Assembly (NCBI RefSeq): GCF_006345805.1
Contig: NC_042997.1
Coordinates: 154,008,001-154,072,000 of the forward strand
Direction: 5' to 3'
DNA length: 64,000 bases
From: Octopus sinensis
Taxonomy: Eukaryota
Shown: in pieces, positions 11,520-24,759 of the stretch
How positions within the stretch are numbered: the first letter of the stretch is position 1
How the letters are laid out: every line of letters starts with the position of its first letter
Translations under genes and position numbers: made by a program
Notes under the pieces: generated by a model
Database searches by the model: none
The model's input: only the letters and a program-made list of their open reading frames with translations
Told to the model about the DNA's origin: nothing

Positions 11520-11912
11520 TAATAATAATCCTTTCTACTAAAGGCACAAAACCTGAAATTTGGTGGGAGGGTACCAGTTGATTAGATTGACCCTAGTACA
11601 CAAACTGGTACTTAACTTATCAACCCCGAAAGGATGAGAGGCAAAGTCGACCTCAGCGGAAATTGAATTCAGAACGTAAAGACAGACGAAATGCCTATTT
11701 CTTTACTGCCCACAAGGGGCTAAACACAGAGAGGACAAACGGATTAAGTCGATTATATCGACCCCAGTGCGTAACTGGTACTTATTTAATCGACCCCGAA
11801 AGGATGAAAGGCAAAGTCGACCTTGGCGGAATTTGAAATCAGAACGTAACGACAGACGAAATACGGCTACGCATTTCACCCGGCGTGCTAACGTTTCTGC
11901 CAGCTCGCTGCC
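11520..11912 (-). mobile_element. SINE family B dimer
   Basis: Two units joined at 11695/11696 with the same junction motif as the trimer. Confidence 0.85.
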
Positions 11913-11999
11913 TTACTAATAATGATAATAACTGGTTGTCACTCTCGTCGATTTCGACGTCTGAGTGTTTGAAGGAGAGGATTTAAAAATAGAAAAGTT

Positions 12000-12495
12000 T
12001 AAAAATGAAAGAAGCTGCATCTGTCTGCGATGGATGCATGACCATAATTTGAGCCGAAGTATGGATTTTGCTATGAAGTCACCATAGGAACACTGATGGT
12101 TTTGATTTTGCCTGGGATTGGACAAATGTGTCTGTTGATTGCAAGATATATTTCTTCTATTGTTCTGTTTCTTCAAACCAAATTGTTTCGATGCACCATG
12201 ACATATTTTATGCCCTGCAGATCGATCTGGGCTATAAATTTCCCAGGATGACAAATGAAGCAGTGGAGATTTTAGTGATTGCTTCAATTTATCCTTACAC
12301 CTAAGGACGAGTTTTCCCTTGTCACGGTATCCCTCTACTTGATGCCCATACAAAAGAATTTTCGGAATGCGATCATCTTTCATTCGAATATGTCCGACCC
12401 ATCTGTACTGAATTCTCAGCAGCACGCTTTTGATACTGGACATATCACGTTTTCCTAAGATTTTGACATTTGATATCTTATCTTGCCATTTTATG
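12000..12495 (-). mobile_element. RTE/BovB-like LINE 3' fragment
   Basis: IKWQDKISNVKIL...QYRWVGHIRMKDDRIPKILLYG...KDKLKQSLK in ORF 11916-12668. Confidence 0.8.
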
Positions 12496-12514
12496 TAATA
12501 ATAATAATAATGAT

Positions 12515-12873
12515 AATAGCACTCAGAGAGCGCAAACCCCCGCCAAGGCAACACCAACGTGCTCTCAATGATTAGCCAGAGATGATTTTTTAAATGAGAA
12601 TATCTGAAATAAACTCGACTGCTCTCGCAAACGAGAAAACTAAAAATGAACCCGACCGCTCTCAACAATTAAGTAAAATAAACGAAAACATAATCCAGAA
12701 TCCTTGTCCGGTACCGGATCGATCCCAAAATCTAATCAGTTCGTACCAGTCACGAGGCCAAACATCCCTGAAAGTTTCATCGAAATCCATCCAGCAGTTC
12801 TTGAGATATCTTGTCCACGGACAAACAAACACGACAGAAAACAATACCTCCGCTTTCGCTAAGGCGGAGGTAA
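12515..12873. mobile_element. Non-autonomous Helentron/DINE-like element
   Basis: Terminal hairpin tacctccgc-tttcgctaa-ggcggaggta and a gaaagtttcatcgaaatccatccagcagttcttgagatatc-type core. Confidence 0.5.
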
Positions 12874-13559
12874 TAATTGCTTGTCACTTGTTTGATCTTC
12901 ACCATTTAAGCATGTCCCTTGGTGGTTGCGTATCTCTGATCACGAGCAGAAGTAGTGGGGGGAGCACCATAGTCAGGTGTTGAGAGGAATTCTTTGGGGT
13001 TTGAATAATTCACCTCTGGAAATATGGGTGTTTTCGTTCAACATCATTAAACAACGCTTATTCAAGAATCTTTTGAGCGGGATGGGCTACTCGACCTGAA
13101 GAAATTCTAACTGGACCCCCACCTGCAAGGTCATGCTCTGTTTATCTTTATATGAGATCATCATGTTGTGCACATATGGTTGTGATGCATGTGTCTGGTA
13201 TTCCCATACCAGACGGGTAGTCGTGATGGGTATATTGGGCTTCGTACATTTGTACTCCAATGTCACTTTGATGACATGCAATGCTCTCTCACTCAATAAT
13301 AATAATAATAACTGTTTCAAATTTTGGCACGAGGCCAGCAATTTCGAGGGAGAGGGACTAGTCGATTACCGGTGTTCAGCTGGTACATATTGAGGTCAAC
13401 GTGAAGTTGACCTCAATAGAATTTGAACTACGAACGTAAAAATTCGGCAGAAATACTACGAAGTATTTTGTACTACTCTCCAACTATTCAGCCAGCTTGT
13501 AATCTTAAAAATACCACGGTCATCCTAGCTCCTGAAGTAAATGCTCTCTCTCTCTCTCT

Positions 13560-15050
13560 CTCGGTCGTCTTCCTTCAGTCTACAGAGCAGACCCGTTCAC
13601 TGGGAACATGCTGGCCACTCTCAACCACCTTTCTACAAATTCACTGGGAAACAACACTTCCCATCCACCCTCAATTTGCTTGTCAAGTCAAACTTGAAAA
13701 ACTTAGAGAGCTTGGCCAAAGAGGAAGGTGTATCGTTTAATCTCGTCTACCACAAAACCGCTTTCGTGAAAGCCAGTACACAGGTGATGACTACCTGCAC
13801 TATTGAACGACATAGACATACTTCTCTAAGTGATGAGCTGCAAGCCAACCGACTTTTCTCTGCTTGATTTAGCTCTTGCTGCCACCTCGTAGTCCCTTAG
13901 AACAGTGGCGATCACTTTGATGTACTTAGAGTCCATTGCTATTACAGTGACGTGATCCGCATATGCCAACACAGATCCCCATCCTAGTTCTCACGAGATG
14001 CCTTTCAATGTCTCTGATTTCCGCAGTAGTGACTCGAGGACCAATACATACATGACAAGTGGAGAGACAGCTTTGAAGGCTCAAGTGCATATATTGAATA
14101 ACACCGATAGGTGACCATTCACCCTATCCATCAAGTAGAAGTCACCCTACATTATAATGATCCAACCTTTGAAGATGAGATTGAAACCAGCTGCTGTGAG
14201 GACAGCCATCAAGTAGAAGTCACTCTACATTATAATGATCCAACCTTTGAAGATGAGATTAAAACCAGCTGCTGTGAGGACAGCCATCAAGTATTGGCAG
14301 TTGAAAGCTTTCAATTGATCTAAGTTTGCCAGAGCCCTACTCGTGCTAGGTTCTTTCCCAGCCCTCTCTATGAAGCGGAGGTTGCAGTGGACAGATCATC
14401 AATGACAAGCGCCAAACCATTTGCTGATATCTTAGGTAAAATCTTGAAAGCATCAATTATCAATGTGGTTATTCTTGCCCAGGTCTTTTCTTAGCAGCTC
14501 TACCCTTTTTTGACTCACAACAATGAGGATTCTCCTGTTCTGCTGCCAGTTGCAGTAGACATCTACCAAGAGATCACTGAACAAGTCTGGCATATAAATG
14601 CAAAGAGTGTAGGACCAATCATCAAAGCCAAGCTAACTTTTCCTGGATTTCAGTGGGTGTTTTTAGTTTCCTATAATACTCCATCTCTGCTGCCTAGAGT
14701 AGCAGGCAGTTGAGGTAGGCATTAAAGTCCATCCTGCAATTTGACCTGCCATTCGCCTCAAACAGTTGAACTGGATACTGCTGAAAAGCCACAATGATTT
14801 GCTTTGATTCAATTAGCACACACTCACCATGGTCAACCAAAGACCAAATTATTATCTAATGCTATTTTGCACCTCTGCCACCTGGGACCATTAAACAGTT
14901 TTCATTCCTTTGTGCTTTAGTGCATGCACCTTAACTCTGACAATGCAGACTTCAGGCTTCATGTTGAAGAATTGGTTAAGTGTCAATCTTGCTGCAATCA
15001 CATCAGTCATTCATTCACACATTCTTTCCATGCTAGCATAGCTAACACAA
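13560..15050 (-). mobile_element. L1/Tx1-clade LINE reverse transcriptase remnant
   Basis: Minus strand reads SPLVMYVLVLESLLRK...VLAYADHVTV...DYEVAARAKSSREKSVGLQL with stops. Confidence 0.75.
14128..14293. repeat. 78-bp tandem duplication inside the L1/Tx1 remnant
   Basis: ccatcaagta recurs at 14128, 14206 and 14284; the two full units differ at 2 positions. Confidence 0.95.
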
Positions 15051-15435
15051 GAGGTAGTTAAGGTAAGATTTTTACAACTGGATGTTCTTCCTGTCACCAA
15101 TCTTTCCCTGCTTTTCGAGTGGATTTTTCTAGAGAAATTAGAATGCAGAGAAGTAGCAATTGATTTGTTGATAGAAGATGTCTACACAATATTACTGCTC
15201 TTGGTTCAGCCATAAATGATAATGTCGCCATTTGTAATTGAGCTTCAAACAGTGATAACATTTGTAGCAGTAGTTCTGTGTAGTTGTATGATGACTAAAG
15301 CTTGAACATTTTTGACTGTAGATATCCTGAAATAGGACTAACCCTAGGCTAAGCAACAAAATTTTTTACATTATTTTTTTTTAAGCCAAAACAGTGCAAG
15401 TTATATGAAGTCAATAATTTGCACTTTTAATTTGT

Positions 15436-15483
15436 ATTTCAATATTTCGAGATTTCGAGGTTAGGAGCTCTTCATCAGGAAAT
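15436..15483 (-). ncRNA. Minimal type I hammerhead ribozyme motif
   Basis: Minus strand: ATTTC CTGATGA A GAG...CTC GAA ATAT T GAAAT; canonical core, palindromic stem III (ATAT), stem I atttc/gaaat. Confidence 0.6.
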
Positions 15484-15693
15484 CTTAGAGAAATGGTGTT
15501 ACAAGCTAACTTCTCTGTTCTGTAGTGTATGTATATGAAGGGTTGCTTTGCATGCTATAGTAGCCAATCAGCTGGATACAGTTTAACTCTGTTGCTAATA
15601 TGTGGATTGGTCTTGCTAAATGTTTTTATTTGGTCAAGTTAAAATATGTTAAAAAATTGTATGACAAGTAAATTTTCTTTTTTAACATTTTCA

Positions 15694-15916
15694 TTAACCC
15701 TTTGGCATTCAAACTACTCTATTAATTCCAATGCTTATTTATTCACATTATTTAGAATTAATTATGTATTATCTCATACCTTTGAAATTTTGATATGATT
15801 GCTTAATTTTAGAATGACACTGTAAGGTAGATGTACGAGTTTAGACCTGCCAGTTTGAACATAAAATGGTGGAATATTTGGGCCAGATATGGCTCATTTA
15901 AATGCTAAAGGGTTAA
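15694..15916. mobile_element. piggyBac-type MITE
   Basis: TTAA flanks and ccctt(t/a)g...ctaaaggg TIRs; relatives at 24531-24759 and 49066-49294. Confidence 0.8.
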
Positions 15917-17467
15917 ATCAATATACCATTCTTGATGGCATAAAAGACAAAGATGTACCCCAATTTCAGCAGTACATATTCAGGAAAAAAGTTTTTAGTA
16001 CCTTAAAGTTTATTGCAGGCCTGACTTTGCATACCCATGTGATTTTTTAAAAGAATTTTTGAGGAAAAAAAAATGTTCACCTAATATGCCATCAAATATG
16101 GAAAATATGCTTGTCAACACCGAATTTTGTCTGTGATAAAGCCTGAGGTTATAAAGAAAATAAACCAAGGGAAAAAAAAACAAAACTATGTCAAAAAGAA
16201 AAGAAAATTATTTTTTGAAAATAACTTATTCCATATAATTAAACATTAAAATAGTTAGTCATCGTCTCATACCTTGATCACTGAGCACATTAAAACAAAA
16301 ATTCAGAATACTTTCCGAAAATATTAATTTATTACAATTCCATTTGAAAAGAAAATTATGAAAAACAAAAGAAATCATTTGTTTTCTATTTTAATCCACA
16401 AAATAATAATTTAAAAATAAAAAGACCTAAATTATATATATATATGCGTTATATATATATATATGTATTACATACACAATATACATATATAAAAAAACCA
16501 TGTATAAAGTGCATAAAATATATTGAACGAATGGCAAGTGTAAAAAAACATAAAATCATTTAAACAAAAAAGAAAAAAACCCATTAACAAGAAAATAGAC
16601 ATCTGAAGGGAGAAAAATATAACAATATTAAATAAAATCACAAATTTTACCTCATATTTATATAGTAAATAAATAGATGAATAAATAAATAAATGGCCAG
16701 TTTCATTTCCTTATGACTGTGTCTTTTATGTAATGTATTGGTTAGTCTTGATTCCATTTTAGCAAACAATCTACTGTATTTTCCATCATATAAGACACAG
16801 ATTTTTTTGCCCCCAAAATATGTACCTAAAACATGAAATCACTTTAAAAATCATTTTCACTAAATGTTATAATAAAGCATATACCCCATAAAATATCTCT
16901 GTAACAATAGGGGTGCATCTAATTCGATGGCAAATATAGTATATAAGAGTTACATTGGACAAGAAGACTTACATAAGATTAAGAAATGACAAGGCACTGG
17001 TCATATTTTAATGTTTTTCAGGAGAAAAATAATGCCAAAAACCAAAAAAAAAAAAAAAATTACCCCAAAATACAACTGACCACTACAGGCATGGATGTGT
17101 GGTTAAGAAATTCACTTCCCAGTCAGACGGTTTCAGGTTCAGTTCCACTGCATGGCATCCTGGACAATCTTCTACTGTACCTTCAGGCCAAAGAATGTTT
17201 TGTGAATGAATTTGATAGATGGATCCTGTGTGAAAACCTATCATATATATATGAACACAAAGACGTATACACATACGCATGCACTTACATATCCACACAC
17301 ACACACACAGAGGTGTATGCATAAGTGTATGTGACTATATGCATGTTTTTATGTTTATGCTTGACTTTCACTACTTGACAACTAATGTTAGATGCTTATA
17401 TACCTGTAACTTACAGGTTCAGCAAAAAAAAAATAAATAAAAAAAAAAAAGACTGATAGAATAGGTG

Positions 17468-17860
17468 GAGGAGTGGCTATGTGGTAAGTAGCTTGCTTAC
17501 CAACCACATGGTTCTGGGTTCAGTCCCACTGCATGGCACCTTGGGCAAGTGTTGTCTACTATAGCCGACCAAAGCCTTGTGAGTGGATTTGGTAGACGGA
17601 AACTGAAAGCTGCCCGTTGTATATATGTATATGTATATATATGTGTGTGTGTGTGTCTGTGTGTCTATCCCTCCAACATCATTTGACAACCGATGCTGGT
17701 GTGTTTACCTCCCTGTAACTTAGCGGTTTGGCAAAAGAGCCCGATAGAATAAGTACTAGGCTTACAAAGAATAAGTCCTGGGGTCAATTTTCTCGACTAA
17801 AGGTGGTGCTCCAGCATGGCCGCAGTCAAATGACTGAAAACAAGTAAAAGAGTAAAGAGA
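17468..17860 (+). mobile_element. SINE family A
   Basis: Full head, core and gagtaaa tail; an older diverged copy at about 17088-17460 precedes it. Confidence 0.9.
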
Positions 17861-18944
17861 GACTAAGTACCAGACTTACAAAACAAAGTCTGATGTCAAT
17901 TTGATTGACTAAAACTCTTGATGCTGTTACCCCAGTATGACCACAGTCCAACGATGACAGAAAGAAGAAAAATACTAAAATAACAAAAGAATATTTTTGT
18001 TCATCTGTTTCATTTCCCAGTAATGAACTCTGTGTATGGAAGAACAAAGCTATTGCAAATATCATACAGAAATGAAAATGACTTAAAGTCTGTACTAGAG
18101 AAAAAAGATGCTCAACCCTTTTATTACTGTATTTATTTTGAGATGCTCTGTGTTTCATTCAATTAATTTTAAATATAACAAAGAATTTAGTAAAAGATCT
18201 TAATTATCATTAAACTAGTGTTGGGAACATAAATTGTGACTAAGGTTTGGTGGAAGATTTTAATTCAATACTTATGAAAGTAAGAGGTGGTTTTGGCCGT
18301 GTTGGTATCAAAAGAGTTAAAGAGTTTCTCAGAAATTAGAAAAAATCTAGAAGTTACGCACCTAAATACAATGTAGAAAATGTTTTTGGTTCATTCAATT
18401 CCTAAGAATAAAAGTAAACATTATAAATACCAACTTGAGGCAGAAAAGAAGTAAAAAGCTCATAACAGGACTTCAGCCACATATATATTGCTTATCAGGT
18501 AATTATTTTACTGATGATGCAAATAAACTGCTTGCAGCACATTCTTCTCAAATCAATTCTTTAATGCTATTTTAGCTATACAATAGATCCATTGTTTTGA
18601 ATCCTTTCATGAGTCTATTGTTCTTTTCAAGCTGAAATTGGTATCAGTTTTGTAGACAATAGTAAATATTACCAAAAATTTTAATCAATTATTTGTGTCA
18701 GTTGGCATTCCTGCTTTTGTATTGTATTTTATACACCAAGGCTGATATGTTTAGAACATATTTCACACTTCACAACATTCTCCACAGTTTATGGATCCAA
18801 ACACTGAGGAAGCTGCACAACACGTTGGCTTCTGTTACATATGAACAGATATAAGAACTCTAACATCCAACTGTGGTTCAACAGAAGTATTATAAGAAAC
18901 ATTATGAAAAATACATTCATCAAAAGAACTGTTTCTATTTGCAG

Positions 18945-18977
18945 ATTTTATTAAGCTTTCTTGTAATCATCAAGTTT
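18945..18977 (+). CDS. Candidate 33-nt coding exon ((D)FIKLSCNHQV in phase 1)
   Basis: Strong acceptor ctgtttctatttgcag and donor gtaagt; C-x-H pattern; the phase 0 reading (ILLSFLVIIKF) is also open. Confidence 0.3.
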
Positions 18978-19039
18978 GTAAGTTTTAACAGGACATGGTG
19001 GAAGATCTTTGATATCTTGCAAACAACTTGCACATGCAA

Positions 19040-19410
19040 GTGCTACCAGTCAAAAGCTCCGTATACCGGAAGCCAGCAAGTGTATGGGGTCATCAGGAGA
19101 GAATGCACACCGTTTCGGGGCCTACCTCTCGACGGCATCAATGCACACCGGCCCCCCTCACTAATATGAGGCCCCGCTTGCTAGATCAGCTGGTTATGAA
19201 GTTAAACTCAATATCCTTCTAGCCATCGCTCATCATCTCTTTTTAACCAAATCCAGTGGCTAGCCTTCTCCACTGTAGATTGGATATCAGTCATGGTGGT
19301 ATTGACTTTACGATGAGTTAGGCCTAGCAATAACAACAGTCGTCTCACGCTGTGTCCAACAAAACCCTCTACATCCGATAGTACATGCTCATCCTCTGTT
19401 AAATCTAACA
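19040..19410 (-). mobile_element. HERO/NeSL-like (restriction-like endonuclease) non-LTR retrotransposon 3' end
   Basis: IGCRGF/VGHSVRRLLLLLGL...STVEKASHWIWLKRDD, the C-terminal signature of this group, followed by a GC-rich 3' UTR. Confidence 0.7.
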
Positions 19411-20313
19411 GTTGCATAAAATAAATTAGCATCAACAAACAGAACTTCAACTAAATGATCTGTTTTTGATTGGTGGACATGTTTCCTAAAGAAAATATTT
19501 CCACCAGGCAGGCATCATCCAAACAATTTAGTTTCACTATTTGTTGTATATCCTACAAAAAGAAAGAAGCTTTAATGTGATGTGCAGTTAGTTAGAGCCA
19601 ATAAGTATGACCTCATTGAATGTAAGGTTTCTCAGAGAATTAACTCCAATATGGAGATTTGTAGACTTCAAAGCTAACTGTATGCTCTTTTGCAATGTAT
19701 CACTATGTAGTTACAATGGACTATTCCCCTGTCAATTGTTTGGAGTACCACTCAAACACTGGGGTCTATTTCATTGGTTAACTCCTTTATTATTATCATT
19801 TGACTGTTGAGCCAGTGCAAGTGCACTGTGGTTGATATTACATTTAAAACATTACATATATATATATATATATATATAAACTTGACAGATTTTACATTTC
19901 ACAACTGTGTATACAATGTTTCATATCATTTACATTGATAATATCTTAGCAGTAAATCTATATTCTCTGTTTTGTCCTTGAATGAACATCAGAAATTATA
20001 AAGAGAAATACTTAAAAAGAGTAAAAAAACAACAATCCCTCTCCACCAAAAACAAACACCAACAACAAAACATACAATAATGGAATCATGATGAATTCAA
20101 GTCACAAGAACAACTTAGAAACAATATTAATGAACAGGCTATATGTACATTGTATGGAGAATCAGTTTTAGAAGAGCTGGCATAAATAGACATAAATAAT
20201 ACAGCATGAAATGTATAAATATTTAAAACAGGTTTGTTTGTTCACTTTATATCTGTTTTTCCATACTAACTTAGATTAGAGAAATACATATCAGTGAGGC
20301 ATTGTTTTTACAG

Positions 20314-20354
20314 TAAGATGTCCAACATGTCATCAACCTTTACTTGCTTTTCAA
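20314..20354 (+). CDS. Candidate 41-nt coding exon (xRCPTCHQPLLAFQ)
   Basis: Acceptor ttgtttttacag and donor gtaagg; encodes a CxxC zinc-knuckle pattern. Confidence 0.35.
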
Positions 20355-20440
20355 GTAAGGATCTTTTCATTCCACTCATCTTTGAAAGTGCAGAGCTACC
20401 GGATAATATGTTGACAGGGAACTGACTACAAACAACAACA

Positions 20441-20779
20441 CTGTCCATGGTTCAGATCAATGATGACAATAAACATTCACACAGACACACATATGCATAC
20501 AAGCATACATCTATGCATTTAAGCATACCTCTCCCCATAGACACACACACACACACATACATGATAATGATATATATCATCATCATCATAGTCTAACATC
20601 CACTTTCCATGCCGCTGTCCATGGTTCAGATCAATGATGACAATAACATTCACACAGACACACATATGCATACAAGCATACATCTGCATTAACATACTCT
20701 CCCCATAGACACACATCACACACATACATGATAATGATATATCATCATCATCATAGTCTAACATCCACTTTCCATGCCG
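20441..20779. repeat. About 174-bp tandem duplication
   Basis: ctgtccatggttcagatcaatgatgacaat starts at 20441 and 20615. Confidence 0.9.
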
Positions 20780-21699
20780 GCATGGGTTGGACAGTTTGAC
20801 ATAGAAATCACTAGCAGGGAACTGTCCAGACTACAACAGCCCATTGAGGCATGGTTTCTAAAGCTGGATGCCCTTCCTAATGCCAACCACTTAACAAAGT
20901 ATGCTGGGTGCTTTTTACATGTTACTGGCTCTATATAGTTTCTGTCTACCAAATTGATTCATGTTGGCCTGGGACTTTAAACTGTGTAGTGAGAGTGAAT
21001 CTGAAATTATGAATGATGTGGTAACACCTAAGAATTATGAGTTAAATTAGAGAAGAATTTTATCTCCATCACTATCTGTGCCAGTTCCAACTTTGAGTCA
21101 TTGGGTCAAAGTAGAATAACTCGCTCTAATGTTCCAATTTTTGGTATGGCTTCCACAGTTTGATGCCTTTCCTAATACATACCACATTACAGTGCAGTGG
21201 GTGCATTTTATCATGGCACCATATTTAATGTGTACACCATCAGCATTTACCTTCATATTTCATGCTAACTAGGGGGTTATGTTGGACACCAATGTTTGCT
21301 TCGGCAAGTTTTTTTAGTGCAGAATGCCCTACTTAATACCAACAGCATATTAGTTGTACAAAATGAAAGCATTAGTACTCAATACTATAGCTCACTACAA
21401 TCAATATATTATTTAAGCATAGTTAGACATAAATCAGAATTCCAACACTGAGTATGGTGGCAGTGCTACCCTAAAGGTTAACCGTTTTGATACCAACCTG
21501 CCTGAAACTCTTTGGTCCTATGATACAAATTCCTTGTTAAATTTCTTGTTAATCTATACTCCAAACACCAGCTTAATAATGACAAAGTTATCTTAATAAA
21601 TTCTTCATTATTTTCAAAATTACTTGAAGCAATGGCAGTATATTTCAATAAAACTATGGTTATGAAAGGGTTAAAGAGTAAAGACACCTTTTGGTCATG

Positions 21700-22018
21700 A
21701 TGATCATGGGATTACACCTAGAAAGTTCCCCTCTGAGGCACAAGTCCAGGTAAAGTTGTTTATGGAAGACCAGCAGTCACCCATGCACACCAGCCTCCCC
21801 TCTCCACACCACTGATGTTATCCAAGAGAAAAGCAAAGGCCAATTACAGCTTGGAATCAGTGACGTCACAATGCAGTTCTAAAGATGAGTGAATTGGAGC
21901 ACTATGAAATAAAGTGTCTTGCTCAAGAACACAAAACACAGCCCAGTCCTGGAATTGAACTCACTACCTTATAATTGTGAGCCTGATGCTCTAACCACTG
22001 AGCCATGTGCCCTCACAT
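21700..22018 (-). mobile_element. SINE family C (CORE-type), diverged
   Basis: Homologous to 8128-8450 and 47830-48145 (gaaataaagtgtcttgctcaag core). Confidence 0.75.
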
Positions 22019-24142
22019 AAAAGGGTTAAGACCATAGTATATTGGACAGTTGATCTTGGCTCCATGGGATTAAGGGCCCATATTGATCTAGGTGTACTGT
22101 GATTTACTGTCAATAAATAAATTTAGGAGTCCCAGGGCATTGCTTTACCTGAGAGGGTGATAATGTCATTAAAATAACTTTGAATGATGGCATGACATTT
22201 TCTTTCGGCATAATGTGAAACCCAGGGTACTGACATGTTTTATAATTTAATCATTTATCCATTCCTGCATTTTTATACACATGCATGCACACCCACATAT
22301 ACATAACAGGTATGGGCATGGCTTACATATATATATAACAGGTATGGGCATGGCTGTGTGGTTAAGAAGTTTGTTTCAAAACCAAGTGGTTAGAGGTTCA
22401 GCAGGCAGACAGAAATGGATGAAGCCTATTGTATATGCATCATCATTATCATCATCAATGATACATATACATCAATCATACATATACAGGTGCAGGAGTG
22501 GCTGTGTGGTAAGTAGCTTGCTTTCCAACCACATGGTTCCGGGTTCAGTCCCACTGTGTGACACCTTGGGCAAATGTCTTTTGGGCCGACCAAAGCATTG
22601 TGAGTGGATTTGGTAAACGGAAACTGAAAGAAGCCCATTGTATATATGCAACGGCGGTACATCAGCATGGCCACAGCTCTGAACTGAAACCAGAGAGAGA
22701 GAAAAAAAATACACTGGGCTTCTCAAAATATGTGTGTGTGAGTGTGTGTCTGCGAAATACAATGTGCTTATGTGAGTTTGTATTTCCTGCTGTCTTAATA
22801 TGTATTCACTAATTACAAAAAAAAAAAAAAATCTCTTTGAAATAATGTTATTTGCTTCCAATTTTCCATATAATTATGTCTGGGCAGTCTATTATTGTTT
22901 GATGGACTTGGGGATTATTTCCTTGCTTGTGAAATAAGTGAGAGTTGATATTAGGAAGGGTGTCTGTCCATTGAAAAACTCTACCCCAAAATAGTACTGT
23001 CTCATTCTGCGTAAGCATGGAAAAGTAAAGTAGACAGTATGATGATGATGATGATGATGATGAACAGCGAAATTGCTTAAAACTTAGCTTAATATAAAAA
23101 ACAGTGATACTGTCAAATGGAAATGTAAAAGCAAGAAGAGATGAATTTAACAGCTTGATTGTAAAAGTCTATGATTGAAAATTGTTTATAATGTGTTTGT
23201 GTTAATATGTACATGTACAATTGATTTGGTAACAAGGAAGACCTTCATGAGATGAAGAAAAAGAAAGCTTTACAAAAAAGAATTAAATAATTGAGACAAC
23301 AGTCATATGATGATGAATTTTTAGAAAAGAAATTTGTAAAGTATACTTCGTGCATTTTGAAGATACTACAATATAGATTCTAAGATTTGGAGCAATGAAG
23401 AAGAGATTTTAGATTAAAACGTTATTTAGCCAGATTTACATTTACTAAAAATTGTGAAATAATGGGAGATATTTTCTTATAATAGAATTGCTTTTTGAAT
23501 ATTGTCTTAGAGACAAGAGATCTAAGTATCAGAACAATATGTTAGTCTTTTGCATGGATCTTAGCATAATATCGCAGAGATCCATGATATTATGAGATAA
23601 GGGTTGATGGCAGGAAGGGCATCCAATTGAAGAAAACCTGCCTCAATCAACTCTGTCCAACTTTTGCAAGCATGGAAAAGTGGGCTTTAAAATGCTGATG
23701 AGGATGATGACAAATAAGAAACATGTTTTACAATTCCAAGCTTATGAGGTAGAATTATTTATTTATTTATGGATAAAGGAAACTGGAATGTTTTCTTTAG
23801 GTATTAAAAATATCATTTTGATATGAATGTGTTTCAGTTAAAAGGAACATCTGCTGACAAAAGATGTAAATTTTCTAGTCCCACAAAATGGGAATTATTA
23901 TTGAAGAAAATTTAACGTGTTTGTTGTGATGTCGAATGCAGTGGGACAGAATGTTGCATAGAAGACAAAATGCTATATGATGATGATAACAATGATCATT
24001 ATGCTAATGAGGATGAAAATCCTCAAAATATAGAGGGACAGAAAGAAAGAAACCAAGACAGAAATGGGGGAGGGGACAAAGATAATTGTAGCATGAAATG
24101 TATTGAGAACAGTGAGGAAGAATAGTATTGCCTATACCATCT

Positions 24143-24361
24143 TTAACCCTTTTGTTACCATATTCCTGTAGAGATGCTCTGTGTTTCTTCCAATTACTTT
24201 AAATATAACAAAGAATTTAGTAAAGTAACTTAGTTATCATTCAGCTAGTGTTAGGAACATAAATTGTGACTAAGGTTTGGTGGAAGATTTTAATTCAAAA
24301 CTTTTGAAAACAAGACATTTGTACTATACAGCCAGAGCCGGTTTGTTAACGAAAGGGTTAA
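24143..24361. mobile_element. piggyBac-type MITE, second family
   Basis: TTAA flanks and cccttttg...aaaggg ends; the internal sequence matches about 18110-18320. Confidence 0.75.
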
Positions 24362-24530
24362 ATAACAAATTGAAACCATGTCTCTTTTTTACAAAAGGCA
24401 TTAGCAACTGAATGAAGCAGTTCCAACTGGGAATCAAAACCAAATTGCCAAATCAGTTTTCTAAGAAGTGTGGTCAAACAGTCTAAGATACTACATACTT
24501 CTGCACCTGTACACTCTGCATGATGAACTA

Positions 24531-24759
24531 TTAACTCTTTAGTACCCAGATTAGTCTGTCAAATGTAATGCTTATTTTTCGACATTGTTTTGAATTATTT
24601 GTACAATATTTTATAGCTTCAATATTTCGATGATGTGATTGTTTAGTTTTAGACAGACATTGTAGATTAAGATATGAGAGGCCAGTTCTGGCCAGTTTCA
24701 ACATAAAACGAGTAGAATATTTTAACCAGATATGACCAATTTAAATGCTAAAGGGTTAA
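24531..24759. mobile_element. piggyBac-type MITE
   Basis: TTAA-flanked, same family as 15694-15916. Confidence 0.75.

Noticed and set aside
18790-18845. MDPNTEEAAQHVGFCYI-TGA, a CxxU-like or broken RING start
   Set aside because: No similarity to known selenoprotein families, no SECIS seen and no convincing donor; probably chance.
19085-19120. GAAAC followed by CTGATGA on the minus strand as a type II hammerhead
   Set aside because: The flanks (cccc and cccc) cannot form stem II.
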